Both the position numbers and the translations under genes were made by a program. The notes beneath the pieces were generated by a model. It was not told the DNA's origin. It saw only the letters and a list, made by a program, of their open reading frames with translations, and ran no database searches. A DNA stretch of 64,000 nt from Octopus sinensis (Eukaryota): assembly GCF_006345805.1 (NCBI RefSeq), contig NC_043006.1:33914001-33978000 (forward strand). Reading direction: 5' to 3'. Shown in pieces: positions 25,201-39,005 of the stretch; the first letter of the stretch is position 1; every line of letters begins with the position of its first letter.

Positions 25201-26024
25201 TCTCATGTGCATGCACACACACACACACACTCACTCTCATGTGCATGCACACACACACACATTCCAGAAATCTTCCCTGCATCTTTCGTATGGTTTCAAT
25301 CAGACATCAGACATATATGGAAAGGGGTGAGGAAAGGAAACAATTTCACACACACACACACACACACACGCACAAACATGCACACAACAACACATGCACA
25401 CATGCATACACACACAAACACACACACTCATGCATGCATGCACATACACACACAAACATGCACTCACATACTCACTCATGCACACACACACGTACACAAA
25501 CATGCACACACACATGCATACACACACACACTCATGCATACATGCACATACACACACACACATACACACACAAACGTGCACACATATACTCACACACACA
25601 CAAACATGCACACAGACACACATCCACATGCACACATGCATACACACACATCCACATGCACACACACACATCCACACACATGCACACACACATGTGCATA
25701 CACAGCACTATAGCGTTTGATACTTTAATCATGTCTCAAGATGGATGTAAAAGAAACAAGAAAAATTCTGTTTCTTTTTATGTTTTTGTTTTGTTTTTTC
25801 TTTTCCAATATAAAAGTATCAACAGTCACTGTTTGATTGTGGAAAACAGCAGACCAATAAATAAATAAACAAATAGATAAATGATGAAATAAATATGCCC
25901 TGTGTGTGAAAATAATTTTAAGAGTGAAACATAATGAGCAAACTGGAAATAGAAATAATGGCAGTTTCTATTTACAATATTTTCTTTTACAACATCAGTA
26001 ATAATAATAATAATAATAATAATA

Positions 26025-26049
<25 letters not shown>

Positions 26050-26063
<14 letters not shown>

Positions 26064-26521
26064 GATGGGCTACATCAAATATTCTGCTCAATACCACAGA
26101 TTTGCCTGTCAGTGGTTTGACCATAACAAGTTGACCGTGTCCCTTAGTGGCTGACAATATGTGCATCTCTGATCACGAGCAGAAGTAGTGGAGGAGCATC
26201 ATAGCCATGTGCTGAGAGGGATTCTTTGGGGTTTGAATAATTCACCTCTGGAAACAGGGTGTTTCGTTCAACATCCTTAAACGACCCTTGTTCAGGGACC
26301 TTTTGAGCAGGATGGGTTACTCGACTAGTAGAAAATTCTAACTGGGCCTCACCTGCAAGGTCATGTACTGTTTATCTTGATATGAGATCACTATGTCGCG
26401 CACATATGGTTGTGATGCATGTGCCTAGTCCACCCTTATCAGACGGGTAGTTACGATGGGTATACTGGACTTTGTATATTTTACTCCAGTGTCACTTTGA
26501 TGGCATGCACTGCTCTCTCAC

Positions 26522-26523
<2 letters not shown>
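26050..26523. mobile_element. Interspersed repeat (family H) inserted in an (AAT)n tract
   Basis: About 470 bp of complex sequence bracketed on both sides by (AAT)n; resembles a common octopus repeat from memory; single copy in the window. Confidence 0.5.
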
Positions 26524-26556
<33 letters not shown>

Positions 26557-26746
26557 TAATAATAATGATAATGATAATAATAATTTTCATTCTAATATTG
26601 TCACAAGAACAGGAATTTTGAGGGAAGGAGCAAAGTCAATCATTTCCCTCCTAGTGTTTGTGAGATTTGAACTCAAAATGTATCATTTCTCATAGCTTGG
26701 GTTTTCAGGTATTTAGCCATTTTAGTGTCTAAGAGACCCATTTGGT

Positions 26747-26850
26747 ATTGTTTTCTGAAGTTCCAATGACCATAGGTACCATTGTTGTTCTTAGATGCAA
26801 CAGTTTTGAGGCTTGTGTTTGTAGGTCCTTGTATTTTACTTTACAAATGT
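26747..26850 (-). pseudogene. C-terminal fragment of an RLE-type (R4/Dong-like) LINE ORF
   Basis: Translates KYKDLQTQASKLLHLRTTMVPMVIG, matching the KYxDL...W...VPVVIG motif that ends R4-clade ORFs. Confidence 0.55.
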
Positions 26851-27368
26851 TATCTCCAGTGGATAAGAAATGGAAAATGGCTTGCGGATGAAAAGAAGGA
26901 TAGGATGGTCACATTTGGATTAGCTTTCATTATAGGCCTTCTCATTCAGAGCCCAATAAAACAAATCATGAATGAATGAATGAATGTGTGTGTTTGCATG
27001 CATTCGTGCAATGGGCTTTCACCATGTACAGGCTCCTCTGCTGAGTCATGGTTTCCCTGGTTTTAGACTCTAATTGACTGGAACTTTGAAGTAAAACACT
27101 CATTCAGTTGGAAAGAAAAGAGGAAATTGCTCGAATCCTCTACAGGACTTTTATTAATTAATTAATTAATTTATTTATTTGATTGTTTGTTTCATCAATA
27201 GAACAGGTGCAGGTGTGGCTGTATAGTGAGAAGTTTGCTTCCTAGCCACATGGTTCCAGGTTCAGTCCCACAGAGTGACACCTTGGGCAAGTGTCTTCTA
27301 CTCTAGCCTTGGGCTGACCGAAGCCTCGTGAGTGGATTTAGTAGAGGGAATCTGAGAGCAGCCCACTG

Positions 27369-27407
<39 letters not shown>

Positions 27408-28386
27408 GTCTATAGAGCTCTTGGAGGCTTTCAATTCTTCACTTTCTTCCTAAAGACAGCAAGCTGGCAGAATTGTTAGCACACCAGGCGGAATGCTTAG
27501 CAGTATTTCGTCTGTCTTTACATTCTGAGTTCAAATTCTGCCGAGGTCAACTTTGCCTTTCATCCTTTCCAGGTCGATAAATTAAGTACCAGTTGCATAC
27601 TGGGGTCAATCTAATCAACTGGCCCCATCCCCCAAAATTTTAGGCCTTGTGCTTAGAGTAGAAAAGATTATTTGAAGTGTCAGTTATCATTTACACTATG
27701 GTTGATAGGGTATAAATGTGTTTCCTAAACCCACAAATGGTTCTAAAGAGCTGCTGCTTAACTCAAGTTCCATTATGTTAAATGGACAAAAGCTAAAAGG
27801 CAGCCTGTCCACCTCTGTTAACATTTCCAAATGATCAGGTTTGCAGTACCCCCAGACCTCAATGAAACTACAGTGAGATAATCTGCTCTACTTGTTTCAG
27901 TCACCTGACTGTGGCCATGCTGGAGCACTACCTTGAAGAATTTTAGTTGAACAAATCGACCACTGGACATTTTTTGTCTTTTAAGCCTGGTACTTATTCT
28001 ATCGGTCTCTTTTTGTCAAACCATAAATTTATGGGGGACATAAACACACCAACACACTGGTTGTGAAGCGGTGGTGGGGGACAAGGGCTGACACAAAGAC
28101 ACACATGCATATATATATATATGAGTTGAATAATAGGGTTCAAGGAGGAGACAAGGGCAAACAGAGACGATGCAGGCATTTCTGAATTAACCTGGGTTAT
28201 TTTATTTGCTTGTACACACACACAAACACACACATGCACACACATATGCATACACACACACATACACACACACACACAGTATTTGGATTGAATTTATCGG
28301 CTGATTGATTGATTGACTAACTGATATACATCAAGGAGGGTTGGTCAATAGTGGTAGAGTCCATAATATATAGCACATATATGGAG

Positions 28387-28429
<43 letters not shown>

Positions 28430-29627
28430 CATACATACATACAAATGTATATATATATATATATATAATGTGTATGTGTGAGTATATATATATATATGTA
28501 TATATAGATGCATATATGTATTTGTACACACACATTTTATACTCACACATATGTGTATATAACCACACACATATATCACATTGTAAATCTGATTCCATCC
28601 GGTTCAGCAATCCAGCATTGATATATCAATCAGATAAACAAGTTGGTTTCCCTCCTCCACCTCCTCCTCCTCCTCATCATCATCATCCTTCTCACCACCA
28701 CCACCACCACCACCACCATCATCACCCTCATCATCACCATCGCCACCTTAATCCTCATCACTATTACGCCAACTCATCATCGATTGGTTGTGATGTCGGA
28801 ATGTTTATATTTCCTGCTTTGATCCTTTATTAATATTTGTCTTAGTTTTGTTTTTCTCCCCACCCAAATATTTCGCATTATATTTATATATATTCATGCT
28901 GCAATGGGTTCACTCCATATGCAAATCTATATTCAAACCAAGGTTTTTTTTTTTCCTCTTTTTATCCTTTATACAACTTCATTACTTCTGTTAACCGTCT
29001 CCCCTTCTGTGAGGAAGCAAAGCATTTCATGCATCATGAATTCCTGTCTCTCATATTTACTTTACAATGGTACCCCAAGTTCTTCATGCTAATCAATAAA
29101 ATTGGTGAAGAGGCAACGTCCTAAATGTAGCTGGGGGGCAGCTGATATTGAACTCCACTGGTTATGACAACAGGGGTTTCAGTTGGTCTGATCAGTGGAA
29201 TAGCCAGCTTGTGAAATTAACATGCATGTGGCTGAGGACTCAACAGACATGTGTACCCTTAATGTAGTTCTCAGGGAGATTCAGTGTAACACAAAGCTGG
29301 CCCTTTGAATTACAGGCACAGTTTGTTTTTGTCAGTTGAGGGGACTGATTAACCTGGGGCTATATTAGAAGACACTTGCCCAAGATGCCATGCACCGGGA
29401 CTGAACCTAAAGCCATGTGGTTAGAAAGCAAGTTTCTTAACCACACAGCCATACCTGCATACCTACACACACACACACACACACAAAATGGGCTTCTGTA
29501 TCAAATTTTACTGATGACCATTGGTTGGAGCAAAAGCTATGAAAAAAGAGATTTCCAATGGAAGGAAATCCATAACCATGTGGTTGTGAAGAGTGCTTCT
29601 CAATCAGATGTTTGGGTTTGTGCATAT

Positions 29628-29665
<38 letters not shown>

Positions 29666-29896
29666 GCACACACATTAAATGAAAAACTGCAATTTATGAT
29701 AATAATACCAGAATTAAATATAATGCTATAAATTCCAGTCTTTAGTCAGCAACCAATGGACTTGACCCAGAATTTCAGCTTCAATGGGACAGTTTTCTTA
29801 AAGATAAACCATCTCCTTATATACAATTGATAGCCAGTAATTGCAGGTGGGTTCCTGAGGACTTTAACCCTTTTATTTACTATATTTTAAACATAC

Positions 29897-30220
29897 AGGT
29901 GTGGTTGTATGGTAAGAAGTTTCCTTCTCAACCACTTCATTCCAGGTTCAGTCCTACTTCATGGCACCTTGGTCAAATGTCTTCTATTTTTCCCTCAGGC
30001 TGGCCAAAACCTTGTGAATGGATTTGGTAGACAGAAACTGAAAGAAGCCCATCGTGTGTGTGTGTGCAGGTGTTTGTCCTCCTCCACTGCTTGACAACCG
30101 GTGTTGGTGTATTTATGTCCCTGTAACTTGGTGGTTTGGCAAAAGAGACTGATAAAATAAGTACCATGCTTACAAGAAATAAGAACTGAGGTCAAGTCAT
30201 TCAGCGAAAATGCTTGAAGG
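29897..30220 (+). mobile_element. SINE-B near full length; similar copies 38845-39190(+), 40205-40590(+), 42455-42820(-), 55255-55685(+), 55757-55990(+)
   Basis: tRNA-like head, CORE-like block, internal microsatellite and shared tail. Confidence 0.8.
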
Positions 30221-31304
30221 CTGTACAGTTACCATCAAGCATATAGTCATATTGTGTATCTAAGTTCATTCAAATGAACAATTCTACAGAGATGCAAAAC
30301 TTTGAAGAACTCAGCTTCTTAGTTCCACTTATACCAAATATTCCCAAAAGAGAGTATTTGCTCCTAAGTTTCTTCAATCAGCACCAAACCCACTCGCTCT
30401 CCCACCCTCCCTTGCTTGGGGTGACAAGGCACCTACTTTTTTGTTGCTTGCATGTAGTTGGTTGTTGCTTGGGGTAAGGTGTGAGGGTGGGGCCGAATAT
30501 TATTAGACGAGCATCAAAGGGATCATATTCTGTGTGTTGTTTGTTTGGTGAGCTGGTCAGGGTTTCAGATCTTGTTTGATGTCCTGCCATTTTAGTTTGT
30601 TTTATGAGAAACATCACCTGAAATTTTATTCAACAATTAGTTTCACATAATTCTCAACTACTCATCCAGCTGACAATTACATATCAGCTTGTGGCCATGA
30701 GTTGCCTACTCAAAAAAACCAATACATTTATGCTTCCTGAAGTTCGCCAACACTACACCTGATATCCACCCCCACCCCATACGTATGCACATATGTATAT
30801 CATGACGCATGCACTGTTCACTTCCCTGTCATTTGTACATAATTCTATGTACTGCACATGCATCTTTGATGAGTTGTAGTGCACCTGTGCACTATACGTT
30901 TCAAACATTTAGGACAAGATGCGTCTTTGTCAAAACTTCTTGTCCTAAACATTCGAAATGCAGAATAGATAAAACAGGGGACAACTGATGAAGAGATTGT
31001 TCTTTATGTTGCCTGTCTCGTTTCTCGATTTGTTTTTTTCTTTGTTCAAAAACAAAGTTCGCTTTCCATATTTTTGTTTTTTCATGTTGTAAACATTTTT
31101 TGATGACCTGTACCCATATATGCGTGTGTATATACATATATACGTAGGTATGTACATATATGTATGTATGCATGTATGCATATATGCATATATATATATA
31201 TATATATATGTATGTATATATATATATATGTATATATCCTTTATATTATTAATATGATCAAACGCCACACATCCATTTCCAAGTAAGTGTTATCTATACA
31301 TATA

Positions 31305-31367
<63 letters not shown>

Positions 31368-31504
31368 ATAGAATGTATAGTATGTATATAATGTATATAT
31401 TATTTATATTATTATATGATCAAACGCCACACATCCATTTCCAAGTAAGTGTTATCTATACATATATATATATATAGATAGATAGATAGATAGATAGATA
31501 GATG

Positions 31505-31569
<65 letters not shown>

Positions 31570-32222
31570 ACACATGAGGTGGGGAAGGAAGGGGGCACAG
31601 AAAGATAACAAATAATGTTAAACAGTAAATTGCCCCCACCGCCACTGAGCCCCCCACCCCCACCTGCCCTCCACCGTGCCCCATCTCGGCTCATATTAAA
31701 AAAGGAACAACAAACAACCACAAACAAAGAAAAACAGAGAAGAAACAATGGAGAATAGAAAAAAACAACATAGAAAGTAGAGTGTTTGATTTTCTGAATT
31801 GACCTAGAAACCTCATCTGACAAGACAAGACAGTGTGGAGATAGGGGTGGATGGCATGGGAGGGACGTGTCTGAAGTGGATGTGTGGGTGTAGATGTGTG
31901 AGGGTGGGAAGCCAAAGGTTGAGTTGAGAGAGAGAGAGGGAGGGGGAGAGAGTGGAGGATTAGGAAATCTCCTTATGATTTGCTGTGGAATTTGGTCTCA
32001 TAGGTGTTCTATAAACAACACACACACTCACACACACTCACGCACTCACACACACTCACACACTCACACACAGATTATGTACAGGGCAAGCCAATATGTA
32101 AGGTTATCTTTGACATTTTGAAGTTTCCATAATACTGAACACAATATTGATTATTAAAAGGTAAATCCAGAACAGAATTATTTATTTGGAAAGTAATACA
32201 TGTATTCACACACACACACACT

Positions 32223-32304
<82 letters not shown>

Positions 32305-32680
32305 ACTCTCTCTTTTAGATGGTTGTGTAGTGTATTTCTGGTTATGGCATATAACTGGTGGTCAGAAAGTGACCTTTGGTTTCAAGCTTCCTATAACACC
32401 TGGCATTGTGAAACCAATGATAGCTTTCTAACCAGTTACACGCCATAACAAAGTCTTTGCTTCTCAACAACATGAAAATATAACGGCTCAAATTTTCTTC
32501 TATTTTTCTGACTTACGGACAACTGATCAATGATCATATATATATTGATAGAAATGGTAAGACAACAAAAGAATGAAAGAGACCTTGATATTATGTAAAT
32601 AGAGGAATTTATCTGTAAATGTAATATGTGACAATTATTTGGTAGCTATGGCTACCGAATAATTGTCACATTACATTTAC

Positions 32681-32735
<55 letters not shown>

Positions 32736-33040
32736 TATATATAAATATATATACACACACAAACACACATATGTATATATACATATCCCAGAAACAGCTG
32801 TAACACTTTGAATTTTTTTCCAATGGTAATAATGTATATGACTTGAGATGTGTGCCTTGCCTTAACAATTATAGATATACAGATATATTTATATACATAT
32901 TAATGGTTATATGTTGAGTTATAATTAAAACAAAAATTAACATTAAATTGCAGAAGTACTCAATACATTTTGTAAACTATATACTTATTATATGTTTAAA
33001 AGAAAGTGAGTGATAGTGACTTCAAAGTTCCAGTCTCTTC

Positions 33041-33560
33041 AATGACTTTAGTCTTTGCGAAGTTAACCTTAAGGCCCTTAGATTCCAGGTTTTGCTTCCA
33101 CACCTAGAATTTCTCTTGCAGATCTGATATGGAATCTGTTGTGAGGGCAAGACTGTCAGCATATAGTAATTCCCAGGGACTTCTGGTCTTGAATTCTTCT
33201 GTTATGGTCTTGAGTTTGTTATGCTCTTAATTAATTGAGCTAAAGCACCCTCTGTAATTTTCATCACCTGGTCCAAGTGTTTGATGCTTTTATAATTACT
33301 TCTTTCTAAAGCATCACCCTTACCCTTGTAGCAGCTAACGATAATGCTGCTAAAACCAGTCCCTGGGTATTACACCTCCCTGAATGACCTGATTAACTAT
33401 ACGGGTGACAAGCCCATATCCTATCTTACTGGATATTTTGAGCAACTCAGCCATGATTCCAGAAGGACCATGAGCTTTCTTGGTTTTCGTGGTTTTAATT
33501 GTTTTATCTACCATATGGCTGTCCTCTAGGATAGCTGGTCCCTCTACCTGGTTCATACGA
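33041..33560 (-). pseudogene. RTE-clade LINE reverse transcriptase fragment with internal deletion
   Basis: KAHGPSGIMAELLK...IPRDW, CYKGKGDALERSNYKSIK..DQVMK, then directly EEFKTRSPWELLYADSL...GLKVNFAKTKV. Confidence 0.85.
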
Positions 33561-34099
33561 GGGAGACTTTATTTGTCCCATTCATTCTCTACATTGAACG
33601 GACATGCATGTGTGTGTGTGTGTGTGTGTGTAACTACTTGTATTCTTATCTTAAATGTATTGAATTTTATACTGTATATATGTATGTTATTATGGTTGTT
33701 ATTTTGATAATTAAGTAAGGCAACATTCTAATATCCTAAAGCTGATAAACCAACTAATGTGTTTCTCCATTTTCGTATTTGCAATATACATACATATCTT
33801 GACCTTCGAAACGTGGAGTAGATGAAACAAAGGCGACTGAAGAAGGGGAATTTTCCTTCTTTTGTATGTCCTGTACTCTATTTATTCGTTGTTTAAGAAA
33901 AATGTCCATTTCCTTGGTTTTGTGTTTATGTTTTCGTTTCTCATTGTGTTCGACGTTTTTTTGGTGTCTGTACCCATATATGCATGTATATATACATGTA
34001 GAGGTAGGTACGTACATATATGTATGTATATATGCATATGTTTTATTTATTAATTTTTTATATATACACACACACACACACACATACACATATGTTTGT

Positions 34100-34330
34100 C
34101 AGCATTGCAGTTGGTTAATTGAGGACTGTATCACTTTATGTAAGACATGTGTATATTATTTTCCACTTGAGATTTTCCATCTTCAACTGACTTCAAGTCT
34201 TGCTCTGGATACGGTTGATTGAATTCTTATAGGATCTTCATCCAGTTCTTGTAAAACTCTTCATATCTCCTCGGTTGTAAGCAATCTACACCAGAAGAAT
34301 TCAGCAGCAGTGAACATCATTATTAAACGA
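34100..34330 (-). pseudogene. Possible Tc1/mariner-type transposase remnant
   Basis: LLTTEEI*RVLQELDEDP..ST resembles the EExVL..VEEDP..ST segment of such transposases; heavily decayed. Confidence 0.3.
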
Positions 34331-35279
34331 TTGATAAGTATTAATCAAATCAGCACCTAAAATATTTGGTGAACATTTGTAAACAGCCGAGTTGTGAACT
34401 AATAATGACTTATTTTTATTTGGATTGGCAGTTCTATTTTTAGATTGATTAGATTTTTACATAAGGCTTCACCAATTCCCACTGTATTGAGAAGTTAGCT
34501 GAGCATCAAGTCTGAAATTATTGGTAAACTGGGAATACAGCCCATGTGGGTTCAGAGAAATTTCTTCCCTGCCACTGTGGAATCGGTGATATTCTGCAGG
34601 TTCACTGCTTGGAATTTCACCAAACACCTGGGGACAAAGCTACACTTTCAGCCATAGTTATACTTTATATAACAAATTCTCTTTATTTCTGTCTGTCTGT
34701 CTGTCTGTTTATCAATCCATCCATCCACCTGCTCACACACACATTAATCATTTAACGTCTGTTTTTCCATGCCGGCATGGGTTGGATGGTTTGACAGGAG
34801 CTGGAAACCCGGAAGGCAGCACTAGGCTCCAGTTGTCTATTTTGGCATGGTTTCTACAGCTCAATGCCCTTCCTAATGCCAACCACTTCCTAGTATGTAC
34901 TGGATGCTTTTTACATGGTGCCAGCATGGATGTGGCACCAGTGGCAAAGGGGTGTGGGCTAGTGGTTAGGGCATTTGGCTCGTGATTGTAAGGTTGTGGG
35001 TTTGATTCCCAGTGGTTCATTGCTTACTTGAGCAAAACACTTTATTCCTCATTGCTCCAGTCCACTCAGCTGACTGAATAGTACCTGTAATTTAAAGGGG
35101 CAGCTTGTCACATTCTGTGTCATGCTGAGTCTCCCAGAAAAATACATTAAGGGTACACATGTCTGTAGAGTTCTCAGCCACTTTGCACCTGAATTACACA
35201 AGCAGGCTGTTCCGCTGATTAGATCAACTGGAACCCTCATTTTTGTAACCAACAATGTACCATTTTATATATATATATA

Positions 35280-35715
35280 CAGGGTGGCCCAAAAGTAGGT
35301 TTACAGTTATTCAACTATCTCTTTCGCATTCATATATTAACAGTTTAGATCTTAATTATAAAAAATCTGAAACCATTATCCTATGCTAATTTAGTTAACT
35401 GTAAGATAGAAATTTAAATGTAATAAAATGTTTTAAAAGAAATTTAACCCTTTAGTGTTCAGATTATTCTGTCAAATGTGATGTTTGTTTATTTATATTG
35501 TTTTGAATTAATCATACATTATCTTGTAGTTTAGAGATTTCAGTAATGTGACTGTTTTAGTTTTAGAATGACATGGTAGGGCTGAGGTGAGAGGCGAGAT
35601 CTGGTCAGTTTCAATATAAAACAGGTTAAATATTTTGGCCGGATATGGCCGGTTTTAATGTTAAAAGGTTAAAGTGCCTGCTTGATAACTGTAAACTTAA
35701 TTTTGGACCACCCTG
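35280..35715. mobile_element. Tc1/mariner-type MITE with 31-bp TIRs hosting a family E MITE
   Basis: CAGGGTGGCCCAAAAGTAGGTTTACAGTTAT versus reverse complement of the right end: 28/31 identical; TA on the left flank. Confidence 0.75.
35444..35672. mobile_element. Complete piggyBac-like MITE family E
   Basis: TTAACCCTTTAG start and TAAAAGGTTAA end, with TTAA at both termini. Confidence 0.75.
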
Positions 35716-35755
<40 letters not shown>

Positions 35756-35756
35756 A

Positions 35757-35824
<68 letters not shown>

Positions 35825-36343
35825 TGGTGATGGTTGGTCAGAAAGTTACCATTGGTTTCACAACTACTATTGCATTTAACACTATAAGGATCTCACCAGA
35901 GCTGTTGGCCAGAGATACATAACCACTTTACTAATGGAGGTAAAAATAATAATTTTGGTCAGTGGTAAAAAAAAAAACTTCCCTGATATGAAATTTCTGT
36001 GACTACACTAACTTATATATTGTTTCCATTTTTAAGACAGGCCAAAACAGAGGCTACAAGACAGTCGTCATGCATGCATTTGTGTGTGCATGCACATGTG
36101 AATGTTTGCTCTAAATTTTTGTAATCAGCATGTGCAGCAATCTTGTTGCACATATTTTATGCTGAGGACAAATGTAAGAGTGAGCTGACTGTGTAGCATA
36201 TAGATAACTATTAATTAGCATTTTATTTTTGGAAACTAACAATTGGTGTGCATCTGATTTCTTGTGCACAGATGAATTTCTTTAGTGTGCTCACTGTAAC
36301 ATGTGTGTGCATGCATACATACTGAACTCTAAGTGATATATGT

Positions 36344-36376
<33 letters not shown>

Positions 36377-36548
36377 GATAAAACTTACTTGGAAAAGGAA
36401 GCATGGCGTTCAATCATATAATAATATAAATAATATATATATATATATGTAAAATATACAGGATATACATGCATACACACAAACACACACTCACATAAAC
36501 ATACATTCATACATACATACATACATAAATACATATATATGTATGTTA

Positions 36549-36583
<35 letters not shown>

Positions 36584-36937
36584 TAACATTTAAATAAATC
36601 TTCATATTTTCTTTGAGTATTTGTTTCTTATATATATATATTTAGACACATATATATATACATATAAACATATATGTAAACACACACACACACACATACA
36701 CACACACACAACTTCAGTGTTATCTATATACATACAGTATATATTATGTAAAGGAACAGGAATCAACAATCCAGGCAGGAACCTTATCAGCAATTTGATA
36801 TAATCCAGATCTGGCTAACCGCATCAAATGATAGGGAACATAGAGGATTGTTTCAGATAAACAATTACACAGTAATTCACTTGGCAGGTAGATCCTGAGT
36901 TTCACATCAGTGGATTTCATACAGGATACAAAGTGTA

Positions 36938-37149
36938 CAGTAATCCCATGACTATCACAGGTGTTACATTCCAAAACCCACGCCGTGATAGGTGAAAATG
37001 CACAAAGTAGAAACAGTACTGTACTGTATATTTTTTTTAATTATTTCTATAATTTTATTATAAATGCAAAACAACATCACAGAGGAACCGATGTATGCTT
37101 AAATAATGAACCGCAAGAGGTGAACTGCAAATATGGCAAAGGATTATTG
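36938..37149. mobile_element. Tigger/pogo-like MITE, decayed
   Basis: TA-CAGTAATCCC left end and GGATTATTG-TA right end. Confidence 0.5.
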
Positions 37150-38969
37150 TATAATGAAGACATCATAAAGAAGAATGGAGAATTATACATTTTCAAAATT
37201 TGTTTCTTAAAGAATAATTCTCATTAAATTCCAATCCGACATATGTTTCAGTTTTTTGTGTGACACACGTTGTGACATATGTGTTACACTAATTTAATGA
37301 GAATGATACTATAATAAGCAAATTTTGAAGATATGTAATTCTTCATTCTTCATGGAATCAATATGTATGAGATGTCTCAGAAATAGTTTTATATAATATT
37401 TTATTTCCATTAATATTTCAAAAGGAAGGCAGCAAACTGGCAGAAATGTTGGCACATCAGGCGGAATGCTTAGCGATATTTCATCTGTCTTTACGTTCTG
37501 AGTTCAAATTCCCCTGAGGTCGACTTTGCCTTTCATCCTTTTTGGGGTCAATAAATTAAGTACCTGTTGTGTACTGGGGTCAATCTAATCGACTGGCCCC
37601 CTCCCCCAAAATTTCAGGCCTTGTGCCTATAGTAGAAAAGCATGAATATGTCTGTGTGTAAAACGTCCTTCTCATAATATGTGTACTTCGATATGGGTGT
37701 CTTTTATCTAGGGTGCTTGTGTATAGGGTGAAGGTGTGTAGTTTAGAGGTAATCTCAGTTATTCATACACCATGGAAAACAGACTAATCTCCAGCCTTAT
37801 GCAACCTTGGTCTCATAACAGACCTAAATAAGTTGTATGTAGGATGTTTTTTGTTTTTCCTTGTTCTTTTTCTGGTGGATAATCTGTCTAGTTGTGATGG
37901 CCTGCATTAAACCAGACAGCACAGATTTAAAAAAAAACTTTATACTGTCTCAGTTCTCGTCTTTCTGCTTTGACTGGCAAACTCCAAACTGATTTTAAAA
38001 TCATTTTCGTTGAAAACTTAATTGCCCTGAATACCCTCAGTTTTTCCCACTTCAAGTTCATTTGAAGTGACATCCTACCAAAACTTGTCCTTAACCTTGC
38101 TGTTATGTGGGTCACTCACAAATAAAGCATTTGTAAAGATGAGCAATGCGATTGGTTAAAGCTTTGAATGAAGTCAGCACTTTTATTGAACTTGGAAACA
38201 GGTTTGGTTCCCAGTCAAATTGGACAACCCAAAGGGGGTGTCAGATGTCAAAATGATGTCACTACACACACACATGCACATATGCATGCACTCACACACA
38301 CATTGGTTATCGAAAGCAAGAGGTAAAATATTAAGTAACATGTAATTATTTTGATTCTGCTGATGCTATTTGCTGCCACTTCAAGTTTCATGTTACCATG
38401 ATCACTCATGTGGCATGGTGTACTTAAATGAAGAATGCTCCCGCATAAAATATGGTGTCAAAACCTAACTATTTCATCGGCTCACACAAATCATGTGATT
38501 GTCATGTAATGGGTGTTAGTTAACTCCCAACTGACACACACACAAAAAAAGGAGTTCTGAAAGTTAAACTATACTTCCTGAATCTGACAGCAAAATTCTG
38601 GGTGCACAAAACTTCTGCTTGACTTGATAATAAAAAAAAAAAAAATATTATTTGATAAATTTTACTTGACTTAATGCAAAATTTTCTTTGAATGTTATTC
38701 ATCACTGCTTTTGTCACACAGTATATGTAAGAAAAGGTTTTCCCCTTGAGAAGGGAGAATAAGTTTACTGCATACACACACACAAACACACACACACACG
38801 TATGTATTTATCAATTTATATATATATATATATATATATAGTCACAGGAGTGGTTGTGTGGTAAGTAGCTTGCTTACCAACCATATGCCAATGTCTTCTA
38901 CTATAGCCTCTGGCCAACCAAAACCTTGTCAGTGGATTTGGTAGACAGACACTGAAAGAAACCTGTTGT

Positions 38970-39005
<36 letters not shown>

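Noticed and set aside
26782-26979. + strand ORF that looks like a membrane protein exon
   Set aside because: It is the antisense of an R4/Dong-like LINE fragment.
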